Source of the DNA: Camelus ferus
Lineage: Eukaryota
Direction of reading: 5' to 3'
Length of the DNA stretch: 64,000 nt
Assembly (NCBI RefSeq): GCF_009834535.1
Contig: NC_045697.1
Coordinates: 80,292,001 to 80,356,000, forward strand
Part shown: positions 13,201-25,953 of the stretch, in pieces
Position numbering within the stretch: position 1 is the first letter of the stretch
How the letters are laid out: each line of letters begins with the position of its first letter
Program-made: the position numbers and the translations under genes
The notes under the pieces: generated by a model
The model's input: the letters and a program-made list of their open reading frames with translations, nothing else
Databases searched by the model: none
Told to the model about the DNA's origin: nothing

Positions 13201-15049
13201 CTTTGTTTTGCATCAATATCATTCACTTTATGTATTTCAATCAGTTGTTCCAACTTTCTTCATTTTCTTCTTTCTTGCCTTATCTTTTTGCTATTCCATC
13301 TTCCAATACTTATATAAAGCTAATCAAAGATCACTCATAGATATCCTTAAGCAACAGGAATATCAAGAAAGAAAGAGAAGCTGCTGTCATCAGATGACTT
13401 GCATATTAAAGAAATCTCAAGATGGTGCACTGTCACATTGTATTTTAACTATAAGGGCCTAATAGAGCTTTGAGCTAATATCATCTTTCAGTTAAATTTA
13501 TATAAAATGCACATACCTATCTACTCTGTATTTAAATGTGTAAGTGTCTGGTGAAGAAGACAAAAACTGGCCATTGGTAATTCCTCTGTTAAAGTACCTG
13601 AATAGCACCACCGTAGTTCCCAGTGTAGAATCCAATGCAGTCTTACCACTCTGCCTCCTAAAATCCAGGCCAAAAAAAAAAGCCCCACTGCTAATAACTA
13701 ACTGCCCACCAGGCTGCTCAGGTGACTCCATATTTAATCAGCAAGACACAGACATATTAAATGTCTTAAAGTAGTACAATATTTACCTACAATTTAAGAT
13801 TAAACAAAGGCTATGTTATTTATGATAAACTAGAGCTATTACACAGGAAGGAACCTGCTTCATGCCAAAAAATGGACCAGATAAGGATTCTTTTTTTTAA
13901 AGTACAGATCAAGGCAGCATTTAAAATAACAATAAAATATACTGAAGTGCATTTCACATTCAAGGTAACCACTAAAAGCTTTGTAAAACTTTCACTTGAG
14001 TTTTATACACACATAGCACACTGTTTTTTTGTCGTTTTGTTTTCTTTTAAACTGTGGATCGTGGAAAAAAATGTTTGATAACACTGGGTTCCATGATCCT
14101 ATAAGAGGATCGTGTAAAGTTCTTTCCAAATCTGAATTTCTACATTTCTGAATGATTATAGCTAGTAAGGAATACGGTGAAAAAAACAAAACAGTTATTT
14201 CCAATACAAGGTTGAATATAATCCCCTACATTTGAGACTTCTCCCTCTTCAATATTCCAACGAATTTAAATTTAAAACATATTTCATTTACTTTGGATTT
14301 GTTTTTAATGAATAACTAGAGAGAGAACTTCAAATGTTTTATCTTGACAAATTAAAAATATGTCCTATTCAAAAATTTACTACACAGATGCATTGCTTTT
14401 CTGGAGAACAGAGTAAATGGAAAACTTATTAGATCATCCTCTCTTTGCAACTTACTATCATATTATCTTAACACTTGCAACTGAATTTTCCCTAGAGATA
14501 CACCAGCCCAAATGCTCTCATCTTTCAAACCCCTTCCTGATTATTCATTTTTTGCATAAAGTATCTTTACAAATTTGATTCACTCCATAGGCAGGAAATG
14601 TATGAGCTTAAAATTCTACTAAAATGATTTTAAAAGTGCAATGTAAAACTGTAGCTAGTAGCTATGTTATGTTATCTCAATATTTTTCAATAACTATTTT
14701 TATGCAGAAAGTGCTTAAAAATATCAGTTTATTTCCTCTGGATAATATACACAAACATGAAGCACATGAAAAAGGATATACTGTAATCTTAGGATCCAAA
14801 TCGAGGAGAAACATGAAAGTTATTCATGAACTTATTCATAAGTTAGATATCACTGGAATTATAAAGGATATTAATAGATGCAGCTCCAGGCCCGGGTACA
14901 CCAGTCAGGGCCAGTCAGCACCAGATACCTGGTAATATATTTTTGGTTAAGTGTTCAGTGGAACAGTTAGTTCACCTAGGTCAATAATTATTTTTTTTAA
15001 GTAAAGAATAACTATCTATTTATCATGAAATCAAGGACACAATTACAAT

Positions 15050-15635
15050 GAGTGTCCGCATCTCAAACATCGGCTGCATTTGCTCAAACTAAACAAGCCC
15101 AAAGAACTCACAGTCCTCCCCCTAAATCCTGCTCTACCTGGTATCTTCATATCTTTCCAGATGCTCAGGATAAAAAAATAAAACTTCAGTGTAATTTGAC
15201 TACTTTCTTTCATACCGAAAATCCAATCTGGAAGCAAATCCTTCAGTACATATATGGAAAAAAATTTTGAGGTTTCTACCCTGCCCCTCTCACTGCCCTT
15301 ACCACAGAAGCCAGAATAATCCTGTTAACATGTCAATCTGATCATTGCCTCACTTCTCAGCACCTCGGATGGCTCTCCAACTGCTCTGAGCAAAAGCCAA
15401 AATCCTGCTCATGGCCTACAAGGTCCCACGAGGTCCAGCTCTGTCCCCGCATTTATCTGCCAGGCATCTCCCACCACCACTCCTCTCCGGCTCACGGTGC
15501 TCCATTCACACTGGCTTCTTTGCTGCTTTTGATGAAGGCCGGACAAACTCCTGCCTGTCTTTGCACTTGCTGTTTCCTCTGCCTGGAACTGTTGCCCCAG
15601 CTGTGGCTCACTACCTCATCTTGCAAATCCCCACT
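15050..15635 (+). mobile_element. L2 fragment
   Basis: L2 3' motifs (agccagaataatcctgttaa...tctgatcatt; aaaagccaaaatcct...atggcctacaaggtcc; ttgcacttgctgtttcctctgcctggaa). Confidence 0.7.
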
Positions 15636-15639
15636 CAAC

Positions 15640-15822
15640 TTTTCACCTGTTTTTGTAAATAAAGTTTTACTTGAACGCAGCCATGTTCACTTGTTTATTT
15701 ATTTTCGTTCGTGCTTTTAAGCCAGCACTGCAGTGTTTAGCAGTGGCAACAAAGCCCCTATCACCAGGAAACTGAAAATATTCACTATTTGGCCATTTAC
15801 AGGCAAAGGCTGCTGACCTCTG
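15640..15822 (+). mobile_element. MER58A-like hAT-Charlie MITE (partial)
   Basis: Contains cctgtttttgtaaataaagttttacttgaacgcagcc...aaaatattcactatttggccatttacag...ctgacctctg. Confidence 0.75.
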
Positions 15823-17044
15823 GAGCAGAAGTAAAAATTGTTGAAAGGGAGAAGATAGGTTGTGAGAGGCTAGGGTGTGGTACCAACAATCTACATGGCT
15901 AAATTAAGGCCACCAAGAACAATGTTAAGCAGTGGGGAAGAAGCGAATATAGCAAATCAGTTCCTATATAATACAATAAATGAGGAAGGAATCAAGAGAA
16001 TGGTAGGAAACTGTGGCACTGAGAAGTGTAGGATGTTGCAATCTGAGAAAACGTGCTTCAAAGATGGGGTGGTGGCAGGATGGAGACGGGAGATACTGAG
16101 GGAGGAGGTCGTAACAGTGGTTTTACAAAACCAGTGAGAGCAAGAAAACACTTCTGCACCCCAGGTTCAGGGTTATGTGGAGGACAGAGAAAACAGCCAA
16201 CACTTCCAGGTGCTACAGCACACTCCAGAGAAAGCCAGACTGCAGAGAGCTCAAGAAGAAACGAACACAGAGACAGCTAGGAGAACAGAGGGACTTTTGC
16301 AAAAATTATGACATCAGCTTTCCTACTTTCTAAATAAAGGGAAAAGGAAAACTAACAAAAAGTGCTCAAAGTTGGCAGTCTTCTCACAGTCTGAATATTA
16401 AGTCAGCAGTTAATTAAATTGTTGAATATTTTCTCTTTGATAAATTTTCACATTTGTTTTTCTTAGAAAAGACATACTTTCAACTATATTAATTTTTAAA
16501 GACCAAATTTAAGAAGTATGAGTTTCTGTCATTTTATTACTATCATACTCCAAGAAGGTTCCAAATCTTATTAAAATGTTGTGATTTTAAATTTTTAGAC
16601 ATATGTCCTGTATTTACAGCATCTAAATTATTTACAGGACAACAGTTAATATGATTTGATTCTTTCATATCACAATAATTTTAATATCTTCAATATTTAG
16701 CTCTAAGTTTTTCTTCCTGGTCCATATAGGAATGCTAGAAAAACAAATGAAGAATATACATTTTTGAATGTGTTCTTAATGAAAATAACTACATGGCATT
16801 TTTTTTTTGATGGAAACTGGTTTTGCCATCTCTTCTCTTAAGTAAAATATTATGTCAAACTGTATTTTAATACTGAACAAAAAGCATTAACACAGTTTTG
16901 AAATATATTTCAGATTTATTGGTAAATATTTTTATCTCTGTAATCATGACCATAGTCTTTAGAGATTATAAGCCCCTGGAATAAATGTTTAAGGAGCTTC
17001 ATGATGTTGTACCTAACATTTTTAAGAAACAAATTATTTAATTT

Positions 17045-17164
17045 AAAAAAAAATTGGGGGGGGGATTAGGTTTATTTATGTTTAGAAGAGGTTCTGGGGA
17101 TTGAACCCAGGACCTTGTGCATGCTAAGCACGCCCTCTACCACTTGAGCTATATACCCTCCCCC
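17045..17164 (-). mobile_element. Camelid-type tRNA-derived SINE (Vic-1-like)
   Basis: Minus strand reads GGGGGAGGGTATATAGCTCAAGTGGTAGAGGGCGTGCTTAGCATGCACAAGGTCCTGGGTTCAATCCCCAG..., with Pol III A box (TAGCTCAAGTGG) and B box (GGTTCAATCC), then an AT-rich tail with a C-run. Confidence 0.85.
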
Positions 17165-17189
17165 AAAACTTCTTGATAGAGGGGAGTAG

Positions 17190-17295
17190 TTCATTCTTTC
17201 AGTTATTCAGCCAATTTTCTTGAATGCTACATACTGGAGATATAATTGTGAACAAGTCATTGGTGGTCCCTGCCCTCATACAGTTTTCAGTCTTT
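17190..17295 (-). mobile_element. L2 3' end fragment
   Basis: Contains tcattctttcagttattcagc...ctggagatataattgtgaacaag...gtccctgccctcat. Confidence 0.6.
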
Positions 17296-18399
17296 AGGAT
17301 ACAACTTCCTTGCTAATTTTGTGATTCTGTAATTCCAGACAATTAGATTCATAGCTAAAGCATATCCAAGAGTTTCATTTTATAGTCGTCTCATTATCGC
17401 CTGTGGGAGCATGTGAACACAATGTGACTATGTGGCAAACAAGTCTAAACAGGCCATCAGTTATAACTAAATGCACTATAAAGTGCCTTCATCTATCTGG
17501 GTTACTAAATCAAGTCTTTATCCACTGACCAACTCATTTCATTGAACATATTTCCCCGATTTTCTTTTTTTCCTGAATTTGCCTGCTCTCGAGAAATTTA
17601 ACAAGTTATTTAACCTGAAAGACACATTTCCTAGTAAACATTAACCTAACATCCGTATCCACAAGGCAGCCATCATTCCAAAATGCAAATCTGATTGTAT
17701 CACCCTTGCCTAGTTTAAAATTCTTCAACATCTTCCTAGTGATTTTATGCTAAGGAACAAACTCCTTGACATTACCCATTTATCAAATAATTTATCACCC
17801 CAACTGTGACACCGAGAGTGAAAGAAGGTGATTAACTGTTATATCAGTAAACCCTGGAAAAGAAGTCAGCCTGTTCACCCACCCAGAAGGCTCTACACTT
17901 CAATTTCCCTCACTCTCTCCCACCAGTTCCCTCCAGCAACAGAGGTCCTCTTTCAGACCTGGTACTCTCAGTTCCCTCCTGTAATAAGCCACACCTTCAC
18001 TGTAACCTTATCTGCCCTTCAGAATGTATTTTAAGCATCACTTCAGTAAAGTTCCCTCTGGCTCCCAAACTCTTATAGCACCTCCCACCTCTCCTTCATA
18101 GAACTCGTCACACTTGCAATGTTATCTTTGATCGTGTGATCGTTTGACTAGCACTATCCTTCTCGCTTAACCGCTCCGCTTGGATAGCTAGATTCATATG
18201 CCCCTAGAAAATACCTCCATAGCGTCAGACATCTCTGTTAAGAATATATACATATACTCCAAATAGACAAAAGGACAAATGCATGCTCTTGAATGTCATA
18301 ATGGGACACTAAATGGCTCATCCAGGATTATCTAATTCTCCAGGATATTATCTCTGTTCTGTTTTATTATTTATAGACTCCTAATTAGGGCCTAAAAAA

Positions 18400-18597
18400 T
18401 AGTAAGCTATGGCCCTGGGTCAAATCAGGACAGCAACCTGTCTTTGTATAGCCCATGAGCTAAAAATGGTTTCTACATTTTTAAGTGACTGTAAAAACAA
18501 AACAAAACAAAAAGCAGATGAGATTGGACAGAGAACTTATATGGTCCACAAAGCCTAAAATATTTACTACTGTACAGAAAGAGTTTGTCAACCTGTG
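18400..18597 (+). mobile_element. MER58-family hAT-Charlie MITE
   Basis: Contains ctatggccctgggtcaaatc...gagctaaaaatggtttctacattttta...cacaaagcctaaaatatttacta...tacagaaagagtttgtcaacc. Confidence 0.7.
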
Positions 18598-20429
18598 GGT
18601 TAGAGTATTTCACTTGTACAACAAATGGTTCTGATCTGATAGCAATGCAGATGAGTACTGTATGCTACAGAGATGTAAATGGACTCCAAGGGTAATAGTT
18701 TTATTGCCTGTAGAGCAGCAACCATTTTAGTGCTGTAGCGATCATACTCCAGAATTCTTTCTTTCCTCGACGATAAATATTTGTTACTCCTCTATGTTTT
18801 TGAACTAGCTTTGGCCTCCTGCTAGTTCCCTCACTGATTAGGTAAATCTTTGCTATTACAGATGGACATGTAGTAACTATAACAGATGTACAGCACCACA
18901 TTGTATGGATGTACCACAATCTACTTATTCAGCCCCGATGGGGGGACATTTGGATTGCTTCCAACCTCTTGTTCTTCAGCCTTAGCACCACTGCCCACCC
19001 TTAGTGAGCTCCCCATTCTCTATTAACTACACATATAGCAGCACAGAAGCCAGTGTGCCAAGGCCTTCTTTGGTGCAGAGGTATTTCCCTGATGATCTGT
19101 TGTTTGTACTTTATCTTCCAGACAAGCAGGCCTTCTTGCTGTTCCCTAAGAGACTTACCTTTCTTGACCTCTGAGACACAAGAGCTTCCTTCCCTGGAAT
19201 GTTACCTATACCAGTCTCTACTATGAAAATCCTATCCATCCTTTAAGCTCAAATGCCATGGGCTTGACATGGACTCCCTTTATTTTCTGTAGTCCTTTAA
19301 GCCTCACTTCAGGTAAACTTAAGGAAAAGGCAAAGTAAAAATTACTCACTGAAGTAAAGATATGAAACGTCATCAATCTTGAATAAGTTTAATCATTTTG
19401 GAACTAACATATCTTAAGATTTGTTTGCTACATAATCAGATACAGAAAACTGGAAATTATATCAAACTTCTATTCAGAGCCAAGGTGTACAATGGGAAAC
19501 ATGGCTTGAATGTTAACTGACGCAAAACAAAAACAAACAAATCAAAACAAAACAGAATCCGTTCCATCACCTTGTAGCATGCTTGGTATAAGGTAATGAT
19601 ATTTTTTTCAAATTGGGAAAAGAGAGAGAAATGAAGAATAAGAATTGCTGTTGTCCCTAAGTGCCTTAATCAGTTAAAATGAACATTCCTACTCACTTAG
19701 TGGAAAAGTTGGCCATATTTTTTTGTGCTGCCTCTATATACATTAAGCAACTCTGTTCTTAATGTGCATTCTGATGGGAACTCTCATACAAATGAGACAG
19801 TAACACTGAGCAATCAACAAGGTGGTGTCCTACAAGGTGTTGAGCTCAAAATCTGATGCTGTATTTCTGGTCTCTGTATTAACTGTGACTAGCATATTCT
19901 AGCACACAGAAGACACTGTGGGTAAATGCTTATTAAAGGAATGAATGGATTCTGGCATCAGTACATTAGAGGGTTGGTTTAAGCTAAGTTAGTCTCCTAA
20001 ACCATCTCTTGGAGAATGATAGGTCCAAATTTCTGTAATTACAAAATAAACAAAGTCAAACCTTGGACATGTGGCGACCCATAATCAACACACAAGCAGA
20101 CTAAAATTTGCCAAGAAAGTTGAGTTTCAATTTCTTACCGAACAATTAATGTCCTCTTAGCTACAATAATACTTATCAAACCCTGCCTTGTCCTGAAGTT
20201 TTTTGTATGTCCTTGATAGAAGCAAAGTCCTCTCCTCTCTCCAACCAAGCACATGGAATAATGAAGAAGCAGCTATCTGCCTAGTCAGCCAGATGTCTGG
20301 TGATCAACGGAGCAGACACAGGAGTTGCTGCCAGATCAGGCTTATCTCTTAGTTATCTACATATGCCTTCTTTAACCCACAGGATGTGGGCAGGGAGCAA
20401 GCACTCAGTAAGTAGTTGTTGGTGGCGAA

Positions 20430-21320
20430 TTCATTTACTCTTTGAGTAAATACTTACTGCGTTCCTACTTTGTGTAGAGTGTGGTAGATACCAAGAATGT
20501 AGCAGGGAACAAAATGTGCCCAACCTTACAAAGCTCATGTTCAAATGTGGAAAGACAGCTCAGTGTCAATCAAATAGGCAAATATATATGAAAGAGGGTG
20601 ATAAGTGCTCCAAAAAACAATAAAGCAGAGAAAGGGGGAAGTAAACACCACGAAAGGGAAAGGGAGAGGGAGGGTGTCTGGAGAAAGCTTCACTGATAAG
20701 ATGACTCTTAAGGAGAGACCAGAGGAAATAAACAGAGCCAGCCACAGGGATGGCTCTAAGCAATCAGATGGAAGACAGAGGGAATACAAGGTCCTAAGGG
20801 AAGACTGTTTGATATGTTGGCGAAACAGTGTGTCTGGAGTAGACTGAACAAGGGAAATGGTAGCAAGAGATGAAGTCAGAGGTGTGCATATAAATATGAG
20901 TGCGGGTGGGGGGTGGATATAGGGCTTTACAGGAGGGTATCATGAAGGTTTTTGGCTTCTCCTCTGAGCTACATGGGAATTTACTTAAGGCCTCTGAGGA
21001 GGGGGTGGGCAATGTGTTGAACACACTGTAAGGGGGCAAAGGCAGAAACGTAGAGAAACTAACATAGAAAGTCAGGTGAAAGATAATGGAGTTTCAGACA
21101 AGGCTAGTGGCAATGAAGGTGCAGATGTGTTCACATTTTGAAAGCAGGGCTGACAGGAGAGGAGGAGAGGAGTCGAACATGACGCAAAGGTTTTATTCTG
21201 AGTAACTGGTACTTCAGAATAGGTGAAGGAGTAGGTTGAGGAGATGGGAGTAAACTTGAAATGCCAAACAGACATCTAAATGGAGAAATCAAATGGTCAG
21301 TAGATAAATGAACTCATTCT
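20430..21320 (-). mobile_element. L2 (L2a-like) fragment
   Basis: Antisense L2 tail (ttcatttactc...aaatacttactgcgttcctac) followed by a purine-rich antisense L2 body. Confidence 0.75.
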
Positions 21321-21404
21321 TCAGAGAATGAAATCTGCTCTTGGCTTACTTGAACACAGCACGTTAAAACCAGGTATCAGCACATGATACACCATGTTTG
21401 ACAG

Positions 21405-21630
21405 CGAGGCTCTGAAGTCAGAACGCCTATGCTCCAATCCTGGTTCTGCATTTATTAGTAATTTGATCTCAGATACTTAATCTCTCTGGGTCTCAGTTCC
21501 TCAGTTGTAAAATGAGAAGAATAAGAGAATCCTTCCATTGGCTTGTGACAATTAAAGGAGATAATATACATCAAAAGCTCAAAACAGTACATATTACCTA
21601 ATAGGACTGGATGAATGCCATGTAGTATTA
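21405..21630 (+). mobile_element. MIR
   Basis: Contains ggctctgaagtcaga...aatcctggttctgc...cttaatctctctgggtctcagttcctcagttgtaaaatgaga. Confidence 0.8.
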
Positions 21631-22347
21631 TCATTAAATTAAATGACTATAATTATTAAATTAATAGGAATTTTATGAAATGTCTGTTTTAAATTTTGGA
21701 TCAAATACATTTGATAAGTTAATTTGCATAATACTGTATGAAGTAAATTCTCTCATACTTGTGGTTAGCACTAGGCAGTTACAGCAGGATGTATGACAAC
21801 AGGGCTTCAGCAGATGGACAGTCAGAGGAAGAACAGAAGCACCTGACTAACCCAGGAAGCGCAGCCCAGGCCCAGCTATTAAACAGCCTGCTCTCCAGTC
21901 TTGGCAAAGTACAGAAAGGATTCATCTCTGTTCTTCAAGTGCAACTTAGGAGTTAGATGGGTTTCAGCGGCTTCTTTCAGTTAGACCCATCTACCAGCAT
22001 CTAACTTTAAGAAAGATTTCTCCTAATTCTGATTGCAAAATGAAGAGTTAATTTTTACAGGGATTTCTAAAAAACTGTTTTTAAATAATATGCTTATTGC
22101 CACCCATGAATAAGGTAGGCAAATTATCACCTGGAAATTTTCCCTTATTGCTCTTAAATCATGGATTGCCATAAGATGCTCTCTTTGAAACTAAAAAAAG
22201 TAGAGAAAAATACTTTTCAAGTCATTATGCTGATAATTCTGTGTAGAAATATGTTCCCCTAAAAGTGAAGATAAATTTGATCCTCCTCAGTTCAAATGAC
22301 TGTTTTCCATTAATTGTTCACAACAACAAATTTCAGATTGCTTGGTA

Positions 22348-22994
22348 CAGTCAATTCTCATTATTTGTGGTAGTTATGTTCTACAAAGTTGCCGCAAACA
22401 TGGAGTCAGCAAATACTAAACCACTGTTCCTAAGGGAAACACAGGTGGAAGGTTCCTGCAAGCTTCAGGTCACAATGTCTTGGTTAACTAATATATGACC
22501 TTGCTTTATGCATGTTTTTGTTTAATGATACCCTATTAAATATATATTATTGATTTATTAACACTGAACTCTTAGCCAACAGCACTATGACTGATGCCTG
22601 AAGGCAGCTTGGTTACAAAGCTTATCTAACATATGCATTTTCTCATATCTTCTCCATAAGGCACATCAGAGCCTTTCTGGGCTTAGAAACACTACACAGC
22701 ACTTCAGCCCTCTGCTCGGGGGCCATTTTAAACAGCAAAACCAGGCACTAAATAGATGGTGAGAAAGACACTTGCTTCGAGTGTGAGAGCCAACACTAGA
22801 AGGCAGAGTGTCACCTGTCAGCCCTCCACTGGGGCTGCCCATGCACAATGGGTGGCTCCAACTTTTTGCTGTTCTGCAGGGGTCTGTGAATGTCCAAGAA
22901 AGAGCACAAGCACCCCAAGTATGGATGGAGTTACAAAGAAATTTTAGCAAGTAGGTGATTTCGCAAATAAAGAATCTGCAAATAATGAGAACTG
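22348..22994 (+). mobile_element. MER82 (TcMar-Tigger), near full length
   Basis: Begins TA|cagtcaattctcattatttgtggtagttatgttctacaaagttgccgcaaaca and ends gcaaataaagaatctgcaaataatgaga. Colinear with the MER82 consensus as I recall it. Confidence 0.85.
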
Positions 22995-25429
22995 GGTTTG
23001 TCTCCTTATGCAGCTTGAACTGACTGCAGATCTTAACTCTTTTATTATATTTATCTGCTCTTCAGTATTACAATCAAGTGTTATTAATAAACAAAAATGC
23101 TTAATTATAAATGAAGAAATTAAACCTATGTGGTTAACCATTTATAAAATAAAACTTTTTAATATATTAATTATCATTTGATCAATCTACTTCGTAAGCT
23201 TACATTTTCCATATAGAGCCTCCCTAAATATTTCATTTATGTATAATCACAAACACTATTAAAAAAACTATCTTCGTACGATGACTCTGTGTCAGATACT
23301 ACATTAGCAAATTATACTGCAGTTTATAACCTACAATAAGATTGGCTTCTACTCAGGAAAGAAAATTTTAAAAAGGGAAAAAGAGTAAGGGATAAAGCCT
23401 TGTTAATTTTAAAAGGCCATCTTTAATATTGATATGAACTATGATTAACACTAAAATGTGAAATATACTTGAAAATGGGCAGTAGAACTAGAAGTCTAGG
23501 TGACCTTTCTTCTGGATTCTGGCTATGGAAAGGTGCCATCTGAAGAGAGTTTGGTATCTATCACCTTCTCTGATCCTCTCAAAGGACTTATCTTTCCTGC
23601 TACAAAGCCTTTGAGCATTAAAATTATTCATCATTTCATGACATATTTGGGGCTCCCTGACAAAAACAACTCTCTAAAGATGATGCACATGAATAAAAAG
23701 AGTAGAAAAGAAAGGTATTTTATTATATAATGAAAAATGAAAGTAATGCTTTCTTTCTGGTAAAGGTGAATTCCTTATTTTTTTAAATTTTTCATTTTTT
23801 CAGAGCAGTATCATCTTAGAAAATAAAATGTTATTTCAGTGTCATTTTGGAAAAGTTACAATTCTTACTAGCTCCTAAACAGAAATGCTCTTGAACTAGG
23901 TTAAAGGTTTGTCTGAACAATCTGAGAACAGAAAAAAGAGCAGCTATACCTGGTCTTCTTGCTTCGAGACAGCAGTGACGCAAAGCAAAACCGCATCTAA
24001 CAACATCAAGCACAGCTGGAAGAACATTCCCACCAACCTAAAAAATTCTTTATTCCTAGAACTGGACAAAGCAACATCTAAACAGTAAAAAACATTGTAA
24101 ACCAACAGTACACTGGAATTAAAGGACTAATTTTTTGAGCATATTCTTTCTATTACATAATTTATTAAACACAAAAAACAATGAGGAAAAAACTGCTAAG
24201 TACCAGACTGAACAGAGCTGCCCACTGAGTTGAGCCTCAGAAAAACTTTATAAACTGCCCATGTAATCATCTGAATAAATAAGTTTGTAGCAGGAATTCC
24301 TAGAACCTAGGGTAATAATTTCTGTTGTGACCCTTTGTGCCACAGTCAATTTTGAAAACCAAAAATGAACTCAAAATAATTTTGGTTTTTGAAGGAAATA
24401 CAGATGGTCTTAACTAACTAAATGTTTGGTCTTTTAAACTTTTTTCAGTAAAAAACGACTCTCAGTAAAAATTACACTGTATATAGTACATAAATAAATG
24501 AAAATACAGACATGAACACAATATAAACAGTACACAAAATGATACCTAACCTTACTACATGTGGCACACTCTGATATCTTCTATTACATATTTATTTCAT
24601 TACATTTAGTGGTCATTATTGGGTCATGATGTACTGTTCAAAAAACACTAGACAACACTATTTGTCATCTCTCTTCCAGTTGGGCTTCAGTGCTACTAGT
24701 AGAATTGACTTAATAGTGAAAAAGAATTTCATCTCCCCTAAAGCTCCTTAGATGACAATATATGTCATATAAATTTTCCCTTGTCAATTAGAGTATGTTC
24801 TGAGTAAAAAATAGAAAGGATGGAAAAACAGTCTCCATTCTGCCATTTTACTCTGATCGTTTTCAAATCCAATTACCCTCAGGCACACTTACATAAAGGA
24901 AATGACGTAAAATTTGCAACATTAAAAAAGCTCTTCAGTGAACATTTCAGATATTAACTAAGAAGAGCAATTTAATTTAGCAGCATGATGAATCAGACCC
25001 ATGTTCTCCATAAACCAGACAATTCAGACATAAATTCAACACTTCACCTAGTCTTAGCCTTCCTTCCTATTCACATCTGGTTCTACTACTGTGCTATAAA
25101 TAACCATTTGTCAGGTAGCAAAAAAATGAGCACAATTTTCAATGGAGAGAAATGTTTACATGGAGTTGGGATGTGAGGAGATAGAGGACAAAGCATAAAT
25201 ACAGCCTGTTTTTTGCTGTTGTAAAATTGCCCTAAAAAACATTACCAATGTATGTTGTGTAATACTTTTGATCAGAGGTTTCACAAACACATACTATGTC
25301 ACCTTTTATAGTCTGTTCATTAATTCATTCTCACTAAAATTACTAAATTATTAGATATAGGATATTTAGTCTTATAGTAAAATGACACACATTTATTCAG
25401 TGAGGATTCTTAGGATTATTAACTAAAAT

Positions 25430-25900
25430 CCACTCCATCTAGTCTAAGGAACGTATTAAACCAATATCCAGAGCTTCCAGAATTGATAGGAGGACTCAGG
25501 ACTAAGTTTCCAGGAAAAAAAAAAATCCCTCAAAACCTAGCTCCAGAACTAGCTCGATGAGAAATCAGCTGCCACTGTATCTACCACCATTAATACCAAT
25601 AATGTACCGCAACTGCCAGTGCCTCCAGGATAGGGCCAGTTCTGCACCCAGAATTAACTGTCACACAGCTGACCCCGCAAGCCAGAGTCCTCTGCTACCA
25701 CACTTACCAACACCATGGAAGGTACACATAACACGTTTCATAACATCAACCCCTAATTTAAAGATGGCAAAAGTTTGTCAGATTGGACACACCTAGGTGT
25801 CATGCCTGCATCCTAGCTGCAGGGGAGCTGGGAATTTGATTTTTGACTACTACATTGGTAAGACAGGACTCACAATGTTGTGTTTCACAACTTTAGAAAG
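25430..25900. mobile_element. Old ERVL/MaLR LTR fragment (LTR33/MLT1-like)
   Basis: Contains the motif ctaggtgtcatgcctgcatcctagctgcaggggagctgggaa. Boundaries uncertain. Confidence 0.4.
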
Positions 25901-25922
25901 GCTACTCAAAAGATCATGGGAA

Positions 25923-25953
25923 TAAATCAATAAAAAATGTTAAAAAAAAAAAA
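25923..25953 (+). mobile_element. Ultra-short L1 3' tail insertion with 15-bp TSD
   Basis: aaaagatcatgggaa at 25908-25922 and 25954-25968 flanks taaatcaataaaaaatgtt(A)n. Confidence 0.75.

Noticed and set aside
17090..17164. tRNA gene
   Set aside because: A and B boxes are present, but the acceptor stem is imperfect and a SINE tail follows.
25094..25103. MEF2 consensus CTATAAATAA (similar matches at 5251 and 39320)
   Set aside because: AT-only 10-mers occur by chance in this base composition, and I have no supporting evidence.
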